64,000 nt of DNA, taken from NCBI GenBank assembly GCA_965203055.1, contig OZ241863.1, forward strand, positions 73,313-137,312, given 5' to 3'. Shown piece by piece: positions 11,198-20,860 of this stretch. The DNA comes from Spirochaetia bacterium. GTDB taxonomy: Bacteria; Spirochaetota; Spirochaetia; SZUA-6; Bin103. Position 1 is the stretch's first letter. Every line of letters begins with the position of its first letter. The notes below the pieces were generated by a model. It did no database searches. It was given only the letters and a program-made list of their open reading frames with translations, and was not told where the DNA came from. Both the position numbers and the translations under genes were made by a program.

Positions 11198-12334
11198 TTA
11201 CCTCCGCGGTACGCCCAGGCGGGCGTAGCCCAACTGGTCCAGGATGCGGTACACGCTGGCGGCGATCAGATCCACCTGCAGGTCGCGGAGCTGATCGAGC
11301 AGCGGGCCGAAGAACACGTTGGCGTCGGCGCGCCCGGCGGCGTCGGGGTAGCGCGGCTCGCCGGCTTCGGTGAAGCCGATGGGGTAGCCGCGTTGCGGGT
11401 CGCGGGCGGCGTGCAGCGCCGCGGCTTCCTGCAGCAGCCGCCGGCCGATCTCCTGCGGGATGTAGCTGAAGGCGTTCATCGCCACCACGCCCAGCTCGCC
11501 CAGGCGCCGCTGCTCGGCCGGCGCCAGCTTGCGCACCGAGCTGAAGCCGTGCACCACCAGGCGCTGCCCCACGCCGCGCGCGGCCAGCTCCTCCAGCACC
11601 GGCCACTGCACGCCCACCTGGCGGTTGGTGACCGACTCGGTGCCGATGTTGGGCACCACCAGCTCGAAGCCGGTGCGCGCCAGGTACTCCTCGATCTGGC
11701 CGGGATCGGAGCTGGAGCTGGCGCCGGCGGCCAGCCCCTGGCCGCCGGCGGCCACCTCCTCCAGACAGCCTTCCATCACCTTCTTGCGGCCCGAGGCTTC
11801 GACGAAGCGGCGATACTCGATGGAGTTGGCGACGTTGGCGGCGAACGGCGAGTGGGTATCGTCGAACATCACGCTGGAGAACAGGTCGAGGAACTCCGGG
11901 TCGCGCAGCAACTCGTTCTGCGAGCGCACCCCGCCGGGCAGCGTGTGATGGCCGTGATCGTAGTGGTGGATCACGTGGACGGCGCCGTAATCGGAGTCGC
12001 CGGCGCGGGTGAGGGTGGCCAGGAAGCCGGTTGCCAGCCGCGCGTTGCGGTGCAGACGGCGGCGGTAGGCCGCCGGGTCGCCGCCGGCCGCCGGCAGCGC
12101 GTGGCCGGCATGCAGGTAGCGCGGCAGCATCTGCAGGACGTAATGGCCGACGGTGCTGAAGATGCCCAGCGGCAGCTCGGCGACGGCATGGTCGCGGGCG
12201 AAGCGCGCGGCCCCTTCCACGATGCCGAGCAGGTGGTGCTGGTCGCTGTAGCCGATCCGCGCCATGGTGAGCCGCGCCTCGCCGCAACGCCGGTAGAGGG
12301 CGGCGGTCGGCTCATAGTCGAGGATCAGCGGCAT
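11198..12334 (-). CDS. Class II aldolase family protein (tagatose/fructose-bisphosphate aldolase GatZ/KbaZ-like)
   Basis: 378 aa with weak similarity to the GatZ/KbaZ-type fold (…VPNIGTES…, LVVHGFSS). The assignment is tentative. Confidence 0.35.
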   Translation of the reverse strand: MPLILDYEPTAALYRRCGEARLTMARIGYSDQHHLLGIVEGAARFARDHAVAELPLGIFSTVGHYVLQMLPRYLHAGHALPAAGGDPAAYRRRLHRNARLATGFLATLTRAGDSDYGAVHVIHHYDHGHHTLPGGVRSQNELLRDPEFLDLFSSVMFDDTHSPFAANVANSIEYRRFVEASGRKKVMEGCLEEVAAGGQGLAAGASSSSDPGQIEEYLARTGFELVVPNIGTESVTNRQVGVQWPVLEELAARGVGQRLVVHGFSSVRKLAPAEQRRLGELGVVAMNAFSYIPQEIGRRLLQEAAALHAARDPQRGYPIGFTEAGEPRYPDAAGRADANVFFGPLLDQLRDLQVDLIAASVYRILDQLGYARLGVPRR

Positions 12335-12340
12335 GGCGGG

Positions 12341-12877
12341 TCAGGCCGCCGCGGGCAGCAGCTTGCGCAGGTAGCCGGCCTGGCCGGCGTGCCACGCGAC
12401 GTCGAGCAGGAAGTGGTCGAGAAACCACCACCCGGAACACTCCCGGTCGGACCAATTGAAATAGCGCTGCGCCGACCACTCGGCGTAGTGGTCGGTGAGG
12501 AACCGGCGCAGCGTCTGCCAGGCGCGGTCCAGGTAGGCGGCGTGGTCGGCGCCGGTCGGACCGGGCCCGGCCGCGTCACGGTCGAAGTCGAAGCTGAGCA
12601 CGCCCCAGCGCGCGGGGCGGCCGGCGGCGGTGCGAAACCCCGCCGCCGGCACCGGGAACCCGGACTGGTTCAGGTTGGCCGGGACGCGCGCCCCGGAGAG
12701 CTGGCCGTAGCAGAACCAGAACTCATCGGCGCAGTGGCGCACCAGCCAGCCGATGCCGTTGCTGATGCCCGGAGGGGTCCACTGCAGTTGCGCGGCGTCC
12801 AGATCGGCCGCAAACCTGTTCAGCCGCTTCCGGTACGACTCCGCTTCCTGCAGGTACCGGGTGACACGCTCATCCAT
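12341..12877 (-). CDS. DinB/DinB_2-like metal-dependent hydrolase family protein
   Basis: Start at MDERV. Four-helix-bundle DinB-like pattern with conserved His residues (LVRHCADEF, DHF). Confidence 0.45.
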   Translation of the reverse strand: MDERVTRYLQEAESYRKRLNRFAADLDAAQLQWTPPGISNGIGWLVRHCADEFWFCYGQLSGARVPANLNQSGFPVPAAGFRTAAGRPARWGVLSFDFDRDAAGPGPTGADHAAYLDRAWQTLRRFLTDHYAEWSAQRYFNWSDRECSGWWFLDHFLLDVAWHAGQAGYLRKLLPAAA

Positions 12878-13038
12878 GGCGCCACAGTAGCGCGCCCCGG
12901 CGGCCGGCGTCACCCCGTAGCGCGGCGCCGTGCGCCGCCGGCCGCCCGCCTCCCGCCGCCGGCGGCATAACCTTGCTTTGTTGCGTCCGTGACCGCGGCG
13001 CCGGCCTGTGGCATGCTGGGCGGCGAAACAGGCAAACC

Positions 13039-13977
13039 ATGCAACGCTTTCTGATCACCGGCGCCGGCGGCAACCTGGCGCGCCACCTCGTGGCCGAGCT
13101 GCGCGCCCTGGGCAAGGAAACGCTCGGCATCGACCTGACGCCGCCGCCGCCGGCGCAGCGCGCGGGCGCGTGGCGGCAGGCCGACGTCACCGACCGCTCC
13201 GGCATGGCGCGGCTGCTGGCGGAGTTTCGCCCGCAGTGCATCCTGCACATGGCATCGCTGCTGTCGATCTCCTCGGCGGCCGATCCGCGGCGCGCCTGGC
13301 AGGTCAACGCCGGTGCCGCCGTCGAACTGCTGGAGCTCGCCGCGGAGCACGGGGTGCAGCGCTTCTTCTTTCCCAGCACCTCGGCAACCTACGGCGGGCG
13401 GCTGCCCGACCCGCTGCCGGAGGACCACCCCCAGTGGCCGGACAACATCTACGGCGCCACCAAGGTGGCGGTGGAGCGCGTCGGCGCCTGCTTCGCCCTG
13501 AGCCGCGGCCTGGACTTCCGCTCGGTGCGCCTGCCGATCGTGGTATCGCCGTACGCGCCGCCGGCCGCGGTGAGCGCCTACGCCTCCCACCTCTTCACCG
13601 CCGCGGCGCGCGGCGAATCGTTCACCGTTCCGGTGGCGCCCGAGGTGGCGGTGGCGGCGATCTACGTCCGCGACGTGACCCGCGGCATTCTGCGCCTTGT
13701 GGCCGCGGCCGAGGAACGGCTGACGCGGCGCGTCTACAACCTGCACGGGTTTGCCGCCAGCGCCGGGGCCTTGGCGCAGGCCGCGGCGCGCCGGGCGCCG
13801 GGGTTCGCGTATCGCTTCGCGCCGGAGGAACTGGCCACCCGCATCCTCGGCGGGCAGCCATCCGTCTACGTTGACGCCAGCGCCCGCCGCGACTGGGGCT
13901 GGGAACCGCAGTTCGACCTCGCCGCCACCGCCGACGACATGCTCGCCTCCCTCAGCGCCGGCGGCAACGAACTCTGA
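13039..13977 (+). CDS. NAD-dependent epimerase/dehydratase (SDR family)
   Basis: MQRFLITGAGGNLARHLV Rossmann motif (GxxGxxG) and a YGATK catalytic motif (YxxxK). Confidence 0.8.
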   Translation: MQRFLITGAGGNLARHLVAELRALGKETLGIDLTPPPPAQRAGAWRQADVTDRSGMARLLAEFRPQCILHMASLLSISSAADPRRAWQVNAGAAVELLELAAEHGVQRFFFPSTSATYGGRLPDPLPEDHPQWPDNIYGATKVAVERVGACFALSRGLDFRSVRLPIVVSPYAPPAAVSAYASHLFTAAARGESFTVPVAPEVAVAAIYVRDVTRGILRLVAAAEERLTRRVYNLHGFAASAGALAQAAARRAPGFAYRFAPEELATRILGGQPSVYVDASARRDWGWEPQFDLAATADDMLASLSAGGNEL

Positions 13978-13983
13978 CCTTCT

Positions 13984-14982
13984 TCAACTTGACTCGCTGC
14001 CCGGCGCTGCCGGCGCTTCGCGCAGCCCCGGCACGCCTGCCGCGGTCGCGGCGCGCCGCACCGCGTTCCGTATCGCGCCGCCGACGCACTCCACCGCCAG
14101 CCCCGCCACCAGCTCGAACGGCGCCGCGCGGACCCCGGCCGCCAGCGCGTAGGCGGTGTCTCCGTCGTGCGTGGTGTGCGCCGGCAGCACCGCGCGGGCA
14201 ATGCCGTCATGGGCGCGCTGCGCCAGGCGCCCCGCCTCGGGCTTGCTCATGACGGCGTCGGTGAGCACCGCTGCCAGCGTAGTGTTGGTGCCGGAGCCGG
14301 CGAACTGCGCCGCGCCCGGCAGCCAGCGCTCCGGGACGCGGCGCGCCAGCCAGCCGCCGGCCGCAGCGCGCGCGCCGGCCAGCACCTCGCCGTGCTCATC
14401 CAGCACGTCGCCGACCGCGTTCACCACCGCCAGCGCCGCCACCACGGTGCCGCCGGCGCAGCGCTCGGCGTAGCCGACGCCGCCCTTCATCTTCGCCTCA
14501 GGCCCGCCCCACTTGCCGACGCTGGCGCCCGCGCCCGCTCCGGCGTTGCCCTGAGCGGCCGCGGGGAGCGGCAGCGGCCGCGCCGCCAGGCAGGCGGCGT
14601 AGCCCAGCTCCGCGTCCGGGTACGCGCGGCCCGCGCTCAGCGACAGATCGTAGATCACGCTGGCGGCTACCAATGGAATCGGCTTGACCGGCGTGGGATA
14701 ACCGGCCCCGCGCTCCGCCAGGTAGCGCATCACGCCATCGGCGGCGGCCAGTCCGAAGGCGCTGCCGCCGGTAAGCAGCAGGGCGTCCAGCCGCGCGATC
14801 GGCTTGTCCGCGGCGAGCAGCGCGGTTTCGCGCGAGCCGGGCGCCGGACCGCGCGCGTCCACCCCGGCAACGGTCCCTTCGGGACAGAGGATCACGGTGC
14901 AGCCGGTAAGGTGCCGGGAATGTACGGCGTGGCCGACCCGGAAGCCGGCGCGCGCCCTCTCCGTTGACCTTGAGTCTGTCAC
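13984..14982 (-). CDS. P1 family peptidase (DmpA/L-aminopeptidase, S58)
   Basis: 332 aa. Core GCTVIL…GV…G…E motifs typical of DmpA/ArgJ-fold aminopeptidases. Confidence 0.65.
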   Translation of the reverse strand: MTDSRSTERARAGFRVGHAVHSRHLTGCTVILCPEGTVAGVDARGPAPGSRETALLAADKPIARLDALLLTGGSAFGLAAADGVMRYLAERGAGYPTPVKPIPLVAASVIYDLSLSAGRAYPDAELGYAACLAARPLPLPAAAQGNAGAGAGASVGKWGGPEAKMKGGVGYAERCAGGTVVAALAVVNAVGDVLDEHGEVLAGARAAAGGWLARRVPERWLPGAAQFAGSGTNTTLAAVLTDAVMSKPEAGRLAQRAHDGIARAVLPAHTTHDGDTAYALAAGVRAAPFELVAGLAVECVGGAIRNAVRRAATAAGVPGLREAPAAPGSESS

Positions 14983-15000
14983 GCCGTCAACCGCCGCGGA

Positions 15001-16749
15001 CTACTCCACGGCGTCGCAGAACACCAGTTCCCAGCCGTGGAACACCAAGGTCAGGCCGGTGAAGCGCACGCCGGGATACTGCCGCGCCAGCCGCTGGTCC
15101 GCCAGATAGCGCCGGAGCTGCGCCGCTGCCTCCGCGGCCGCCGCCGCCACGCCGGCCGCGGCCGCCGACTCGCCGCGCTTGAGGTACTTGAGCTCGATCA
15201 GGTAGCCGTAGCGGAGGTGCGGAAAGGCGGCTACCAGCGGCTCCAGCGCGATGTCCGCGTGCCCCTTGCCCAGCTCCGCCTCCGAGCGGAACTCGTAGAA
15301 GTCGGTCACGCTCAGGTAGGCTGCCAGAAATCCCTGGATCACCTTCTCCCCGGCGATGTAGTCCCGAATCCCCGTCTGCCGCGCAATCGCCTCGCTCAGA
15401 AACTCGAACACCGGCCGCCACTCTCCCTCGTTCGCCATCCGCATCAACAACTGCTCGAAGCGAAACAGGTTCACTGAAAAGACCTTCACGTCGCGGTAGC
15501 CGTCGCGCAGGAAGCCGTACATCAGCCGCTTTACGGTCTGGTTGGGGATCGCCAGCCGAGGCAGGCCGCCAGGCGCACCGCGGATGCTCAACAAGCCGAA
15601 GAAGTGCAGCAGCGAGAGGAAGTTTTCCGGTTCGGCAAGCCGTTCCAGCGGGAAGCCGGGCTGGATGCGGGCGGCTGCCTGCTCCTCGCCAATGACGTCC
15701 CGCAGCAGATCGAAGTTGCCGTTCAACTGCCGGCCGACCACCAGCAGGTGGCGCAGCTTGCCGTAGTCGATGCGCACGTTGGTGTCGATCAGGTACTTGG
15801 GTACCCGGCGGTTGGGGATGGAGTACTTGAGATAATAGAGCACCATGTCGGAGTTGTAGAGGTCGGTCGATGCCTCTTCGGAGAAGCGGTAGCCATTGTA
15901 CCACTCGCCCATGATGCCCAGCGCGGTGTCGGCGTCCTGGTTGAAGACGCCCAGGTCGCGGTACGTCTCGACCAGGCGCCGCACCTCCGCCGCGGTGAAG
16001 CCGACCATCTCGTTGAAGTCCGGTTCCAGGCTGATGTTGGCGCCGATGTTGAAGCCGCTGGTGACGTCGTCCATGGTGACCGGCGACACGCCGGTGATGA
16101 ACAGGCGCTCCAGGCCTCCCCCGATGCGGTCGGCGCCGCCCTTGAGGGCGGCGAAGAAGTTGCGGTAGAAGCCGCCGCCGTGGGTGAAGGAATGGTACGC
16201 CTCGGCGCCGTGCCAGGCCAGCACGGTGTTGGCGAAGTTGTCGTACTCGTCGATCAGCACGTACAGCGGGATGTCGTGGTCGCCCGCGTACCGGAACAGC
16301 GCGGAAAGCCTGGTGGCGATGGACGGCCGGGCGAGGATGTCGCGTACCGCCTCTGCGGGAAACAGGTCAGGGTGCCTCCGCAGCGTCCCCTGGAGTTCGA
16401 CGTCGCAGTAACTTTCGAACTCCCGCTCCAAGGTTTCGAGCTTGTCGTTGACCATAGAGAAGTTGAAGCGCAGGGTGACGTAGCGGCTGCGTTCCTCGGT
16501 CGGGCTGCGCCCGATGTCGGTGCCGGCGTACGTGGCGTCGAAGCGGTCGGCCCAGAAGCGGTCGTAGTAGCTCTCCAGCAGCGCCACCCACAGTGACTTG
16601 CCGAAGCGCCGCGGGCGAATCAGGAAGGCGTAGCGCTCCTGTTCCAGGCGGCGCAGGAAGCGGGTCTTGTCGACGTACAGCCACCGGTTCAGGCGGATGC
16701 GGCTGAATGACGCCTCACCGTAGGGAATGCGCGGATAAGCAGGTACCAT
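15001..16749 (-). CDS. AAA-ATPase (DUF1703-type) with C-terminal PD-(D/E)xK nuclease-like domain
   Basis: 582 aa. Walker A RRFGKSL. C-terminal …GHADIALEP…YLIELKY… has the PD-(D/E)xK pattern. GC is lower than the flanks. Confidence 0.6.
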   Translation of the reverse strand: MVPAYPRIPYGEASFSRIRLNRWLYVDKTRFLRRLEQERYAFLIRPRRFGKSLWVALLESYYDRFWADRFDATYAGTDIGRSPTEERSRYVTLRFNFSMVNDKLETLEREFESYCDVELQGTLRRHPDLFPAEAVRDILARPSIATRLSALFRYAGDHDIPLYVLIDEYDNFANTVLAWHGAEAYHSFTHGGGFYRNFFAALKGGADRIGGGLERLFITGVSPVTMDDVTSGFNIGANISLEPDFNEMVGFTAAEVRRLVETYRDLGVFNQDADTALGIMGEWYNGYRFSEEASTDLYNSDMVLYYLKYSIPNRRVPKYLIDTNVRIDYGKLRHLLVVGRQLNGNFDLLRDVIGEEQAAARIQPGFPLERLAEPENFLSLLHFFGLLSIRGAPGGLPRLAIPNQTVKRLMYGFLRDGYRDVKVFSVNLFRFEQLLMRMANEGEWRPVFEFLSEAIARQTGIRDYIAGEKVIQGFLAAYLSVTDFYEFRSEAELGKGHADIALEPLVAAFPHLRYGYLIELKYLKRGESAAAAGVAAAAAEAAAQLRRYLADQRLARQYPGVRFTGLTLVFHGWELVFCDAVE

Positions 16750-16757
16750 GACTGCGG

Positions 16758-18377
16758 TCAGACCGACGGGGCGACGATCCGGGCGATGGCGGCGCGCATC
16801 CAGCCGGTAGCGGCCAGATCGGCCGGCCGCAGATCGAAGCCGGTCAAGTAGCTGGGCCGATGGGACTTCATGCTCAGAAACTGGTAGAACCGCTCGAAGT
16901 CATCGGCAGCGGTCGCCACCGTAATCTCCTCGATAGCCCGCGCCTTTAGCTCTTTGGAGAACGTCTTGATGATCTCGTAGCTGTTGCGATTCTTCTCCAG
17001 GCTGACCAGCAGGCGGTCCCGCACCGTGCGCATGGTCATGGCGATCGCGCTCAGATAGCGCGACCGGTCGAAACCGGCCGGAGCGAGCTCCGCTACGTTG
17101 TCAGGATGATAGAGATAGTTCTCGATACAATAGTGGCGCAGCACCAGCAAACGCGGACGGTTGCGGCGTATCTCGTCGAGCTCCTCGGTGCCCAGAAAGT
17201 CACGGTCGATCAGGCCGTGAAACCCGTCCGTTCCTGCCGTCTGGATAGAGATCGAATTCTTGTCCTGTGCGGAAATGAACAATGTGTCCTGCAGGCCGAT
17301 CGCATTGTAGAGCAAGGCGTCCTTATTCTCGCACAGGATCAGACGCTTGTTTGGAAACACCTTGAGCGCCGAGCTGCGCGGTACGGCGATATCGAATACG
17401 CGCTCGGTCTTCGGGGCAGGCCGCAGCACCTGCGGCCGATCGAAGTCCAAATCGTCGAAGTCGACGATCGCGGTGTCGCTGCTGGAGCTTCCGTAGTCGA
17501 TGAACCCGAGCGAGTGGCTGGCCGTCCACAGTTGCGAGTGTTCGGGAATCCAGCGCTCCACGATCTCCTGCAGCAGAGCGTACTGCAGCCGGGTATGCAG
17601 GTGCACGTCCAGCTCGTCGATGAAGTAGATGGCATTGGCGAAGTGCTCGCGTCGCACGAACAGGTTGAGCAGGATATTGAAGACCTCCTTCTCGCCGCTG
17701 CTGAGCAGGTCGTAGTGGACCTCGGAATGCCCTTTGCTGAATCGAATGTCCGGCGGCTTTCGATCCAGCGCCGGAATCATACCGGTCAGGCGCAGAGTGG
17801 TGGCGTCACCATTGCCGAATACCCTGGCCATCGCGTCGTTGATCGGCTCGAGGAAGCGCGCCTTCATCTGCTCGGAGTCGAATCGCTCTCCCCACACCTC
17901 GCGCAGGATGCGCGCGGTGACGTGCGAGATGTCGGCCTCGAAGCGAGTGTCCCACTCTATCGACCGCTGCGGGCGGTCGTCGTCCGCCGGCAGGTCGACG
18001 GTGCGGCCATTTCGGTGCCGGAGCTCCGGGACCGTTCGGAGCGAACTTCTGCCGTAGAACGCGTCCTTGAGATTCAGGTTGGGAGGTGTAGGGGCGACCG
18101 ATCCGTTCGTCCTGCGGAGGGATGCTCCACCACCGAACGAGCAGGAGACCGCTACCTCCTCGTCCCAGTCCTTCTTGAAGTAGCTCAAGTAATCGTTACG
18201 ACCGACTCCCTTGGAGGGACCGGAAAGAAACTCGAACGCATCGAATACGGATGACTTTCCGCTCCCGTTCGCGCCGATCAGCAGCACCAGCTTTGGCGCC
18301 GAGGCGCACGCTGACAGATCAATCTCAAGATCGGTAAACCGCTTGAAGTTCGTGAGATGGAGGTTGCTGATGTTCAT
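16758..18377 (-). CDS. Fused ABC-type ATPase (AAA_15/21) plus DUF4435/Toprim-like domain protein (PARIS AriA-AriB-like single polypeptide; OLD-family-like)
   Basis: 539 aa. Walker A GANGSGKSS, ABC signature LSSGEKE, Walker B IYFIDELDVHLH. C-terminal LILCENKDA…GLIDRDF resembles the Toprim/DUF4435 acidic motifs. About 60% GC versus about 70% in the flanks. Confidence 0.55.
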   Translation of the reverse strand: MNISNLHLTNFKRFTDLEIDLSACASAPKLVLLIGANGSGKSSVFDAFEFLSGPSKGVGRNDYLSYFKKDWDEEVAVSCSFGGGASLRRTNGSVAPTPPNLNLKDAFYGRSSLRTVPELRHRNGRTVDLPADDDRPQRSIEWDTRFEADISHVTARILREVWGERFDSEQMKARFLEPINDAMARVFGNGDATTLRLTGMIPALDRKPPDIRFSKGHSEVHYDLLSSGEKEVFNILLNLFVRREHFANAIYFIDELDVHLHTRLQYALLQEIVERWIPEHSQLWTASHSLGFIDYGSSSSDTAIVDFDDLDFDRPQVLRPAPKTERVFDIAVPRSSALKVFPNKRLILCENKDALLYNAIGLQDTLFISAQDKNSISIQTAGTDGFHGLIDRDFLGTEELDEIRRNRPRLLVLRHYCIENYLYHPDNVAELAPAGFDRSRYLSAIAMTMRTVRDRLLVSLEKNRNSYEIIKTFSKELKARAIEEITVATAADDFERFYQFLSMKSHRPSYLTGFDLRPADLAATGWMRAAIARIVAPSV

Positions 18378-18557
18378 CTTTTACGCCGCGCATCATACGC
18401 GAACGATCGTGATTCGGCAAACAGGCGCAGGATCGGCACGGATCGGCACTGTGGGAAGCAACTGCCGGGGCCGACGGCGACTCCGCCTTGCGCCGGTGTG
18501 GCGCAAGCGGCGGGTGACGACCGAACGCCTCGACCGGGCACGTGATACGATGTCGGG

Positions 18558-19289
18558 GTGATGATCGATGCCATCTTCTTCGATTGGGACGGTACGCTGA
18601 TGGACGACGACGCGAGTTGGCGTCGATGCGTGTCGGCCGCGGCCGGCGCGGTCGCGCACCGCTGCCACGTCGATCCCGGCGAGCTGACCGCCGCGTACCA
18701 TGCGGCCGCGCAGCGCCTCTGGGAGGAAGTCAAGAACGTCAGCGGGCCGCCGTGGGGGAACACGGACGACCGCTGCCTCGTACGGCGGACGTGGAACGCG
18801 GCCCTGCGCCGGCCGCACGCCTCCGGCGAGGCCGAGGCCGCGGCTGCGCAGGCGGTCGAAATCTACCTCCGGCTCAGATCGAAGGAGACGCCGATCTACG
18901 ATGACGTCGTCGATTGCCTGAGCGCCCTGCGCGGCCGCTATCGGCTTGGCGTGATTACCAACGGCTCGAACGCGACCCATCTTCCGAAGGTCGAAGCCTC
19001 CGGCCTGGGCCGCTACTTCGGTTCCGTGACCACCACCGACGTCGGTTCCGGCAAGCCGTTCCGGCCGATCTTCGCTCATGCGCTGGCCTCCCTGGATGCC
19101 GTACCGGCGCGCGCGCTCTACGTCGGCGACTGGCCGTTCGCGGACGTCGGCGGCGCCAATGGCGCCGGGATGTTTTCCGTGTGGATCAACCGGACCGGCG
19201 CCGCGCTCCGTCCCGACGACCCGGTCCCGGACGCGCAGATCACCTCCCTGCGCGACCTGCCGCGCGTACTCGCCCGCCTGCAGGCATAG
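18558..19289 (+). CDS. HAD-superfamily hydrolase
   Basis: Motif I FFDWDGTL, motif III GKP, motif IV VGDW…D. Confidence 0.75.
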   Translation: MMIDAIFFDWDGTLMDDDASWRRCVSAAAGAVAHRCHVDPGELTAAYHAAAQRLWEEVKNVSGPPWGNTDDRCLVRRTWNAALRRPHASGEAEAAAAQAVEIYLRLRSKETPIYDDVVDCLSALRGRYRLGVITNGSNATHLPKVEASGLGRYFGSVTTTDVGSGKPFRPIFAHALASLDAVPARALYVGDWPFADVGGANGAGMFSVWINRTGAALRPDDPVPDAQITSLRDLPRVLARLQA

Positions 19290-19311
19290 CCGCCGCGGCG
19301 GCATTCTTCGG

Positions 19312-20673
19312 TCAGTCCACCGCCGGCAGCTCCGCCAACGCCTCGGCGATGCGCTCCTGCGGATACTCGTAGTTGACGAGCTGGCCGTCGAGGAACGAGC
19401 GGTACGCCTGCATGTCGAAGTGCCCGTGGCCGCACAGGTTGAAGGCGATCACCCGCGACTCGCCGGCCTCCTTGCAGCGCAGCGCTTCCTCGATGGCGAC
19501 GTGAACGGCGTGCGCGGGCTCCGGCGCGGGCACGATCCCCTCGGTGCGCGCGAACAGCCGGGCCGCCTCGAACACCGGCACCTGCGGCACGGCGCGCGCT
19601 TCGATCACGCCCAGGTCGTGCAGATGGCAGACCAGCGGCGCCATCCCGTGGTAGCGCAGGCCGCCGGCGTGAATCGGGGCCGGCACGAAGGAATGGCCCA
19701 GCGTGTACATCTTGAGCAGCGGCGTGGTGGCCGCCGCGTCGCCGAAGTCGTAGCGGTACTGTCCGCCGGTCAGGCTGGGCGCCGCCTGCGGCTCGACCGC
19801 CACGAAGCGCGTGGCGCGCGCGCCGCTCAGATTGGCGGGCACGAACGGGAAGATGAACCCGCCGAACGAGGAGCCGCCGCCGGTGCAGCCGACCATGACG
19901 TCGGGGTAGACGCCGGCGCGCTCGAACTGCGCCTGCGCCTCCAGGCCGATCACGGTCTGATGCAACAGCACGTGATTGAGCACCGATCCCAGGCAGTACT
20001 TCTTGCTGCCGCCGCTGGCGGCCGCCGCTTCCACCGCCTCCGAGATGGCGATGCCGAGCGATCCCGGCGAATCGGGCTGCCGCTCCAGCACCTGCCGGCC
20101 GGCGTTGGTGGCGGGCGACGGACTGGCGGTGACGCCGGCGCCGTAGGCCTCCATCATCGAACGGCGGTACGGCTTGCCGTCGTAGGAGACGCGCACCATG
20201 TACACCTCGCAGTCGACGCCCAGGAACGCGCCGGCCATCGCCAGCGCGCTGCCCCACTGTCCGGCGCCGGTCTCGGTGGTGAGCTGCGTCACCCCTTCCT
20301 CGCGGTTGTAGAACGCCTGCGCCACCGCCGTGTTGGGCTTGTGCGAGCCGACCGGCGAGACGCCCTCGTACTTGTAGTAGAGGCGCGCGGGGGTATCGAG
20401 CTCCCGTTCCAGGCGCCGCGCCCGGAACAGCGGCGTCGGGCGCCACAGCCGGTAGATCTCGCGGATCGGCTCCGGAATCGGTATCTCCCGCTCCCGGCTG
20501 ACCTCCTGCTCGATCAGCGCCAGTGCGAACAGCGGCGCCAGGTCATCGGGACCGATCGGGTCCATCCGGCCCGGATGGATCACCGGCGGCAACGGTTCCG
20601 GCAGGTCGGCCTGGATGTTGTACCAGGAGGCGGGAATCTCGGACTGCGGCAGATCGAAGCGAATCGTCTCCAT
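19312..20673 (-). CDS. trpB2: Tryptophan synthase beta-like protein, TrpB2 type
   Basis: 453 aa. PLP lysine context GSHKPN, GGGS loop, and the TrpB2-characteristic long N-terminus. Confidence 0.8.
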   Translation of the reverse strand: METIRFDLPQSEIPASWYNIQADLPEPLPPVIHPGRMDPIGPDDLAPLFALALIEQEVSREREIPIPEPIREIYRLWRPTPLFRARRLERELDTPARLYYKYEGVSPVGSHKPNTAVAQAFYNREEGVTQLTTETGAGQWGSALAMAGAFLGVDCEVYMVRVSYDGKPYRRSMMEAYGAGVTASPSPATNAGRQVLERQPDSPGSLGIAISEAVEAAAASGGSKKYCLGSVLNHVLLHQTVIGLEAQAQFERAGVYPDVMVGCTGGGSSFGGFIFPFVPANLSGARATRFVAVEPQAAPSLTGGQYRYDFGDAAATTPLLKMYTLGHSFVPAPIHAGGLRYHGMAPLVCHLHDLGVIEARAVPQVPVFEAARLFARTEGIVPAPEPAHAVHVAIEEALRCKEAGESRVIAFNLCGHGHFDMQAYRSFLDGQLVNYEYPQERIAEALAELPAVD

Positions 20674-20689
20674 CGTTTCTCCTCATCGT

Positions 20690-20730
20690 ATTATCATAGC
20701 GCTGCTGCGGGCCATGATACCGCAAGCGAC
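20690..20730 (-). promoter_or_regulatory. Putative promoter plus RBS for trpB2
   Basis: On the minus strand: TATGATAAT (-10-like), then GAGGAG, then ATG within about 20 nt. Confidence 0.25.
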
Positions 20731-20860
20731 CGGAAAGGGAGCGACAGGCACACGTGACGCGCAAGAAGCCGGCCAAGCGCCCGGACAACTACCGGCACCC
20801 GGAAGCCGGGGCGCTGCTGCGCCCGGACATCGGCACCCAGCCGCGCGCGGTATCTGACCC

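Noticed and set aside
10964-12970. 668-aa plus ORF and similar long ORFs (9535..11373, 19078..20757, 34001..35017, 35265..37076, 36166..37866, 55714..56808, 56907..58145, 61920..63281)
   Set aside because: Each is antisense to a gene with strong family evidence and has extreme R/A/G/P composition. Rejected as GC-bias artefacts.
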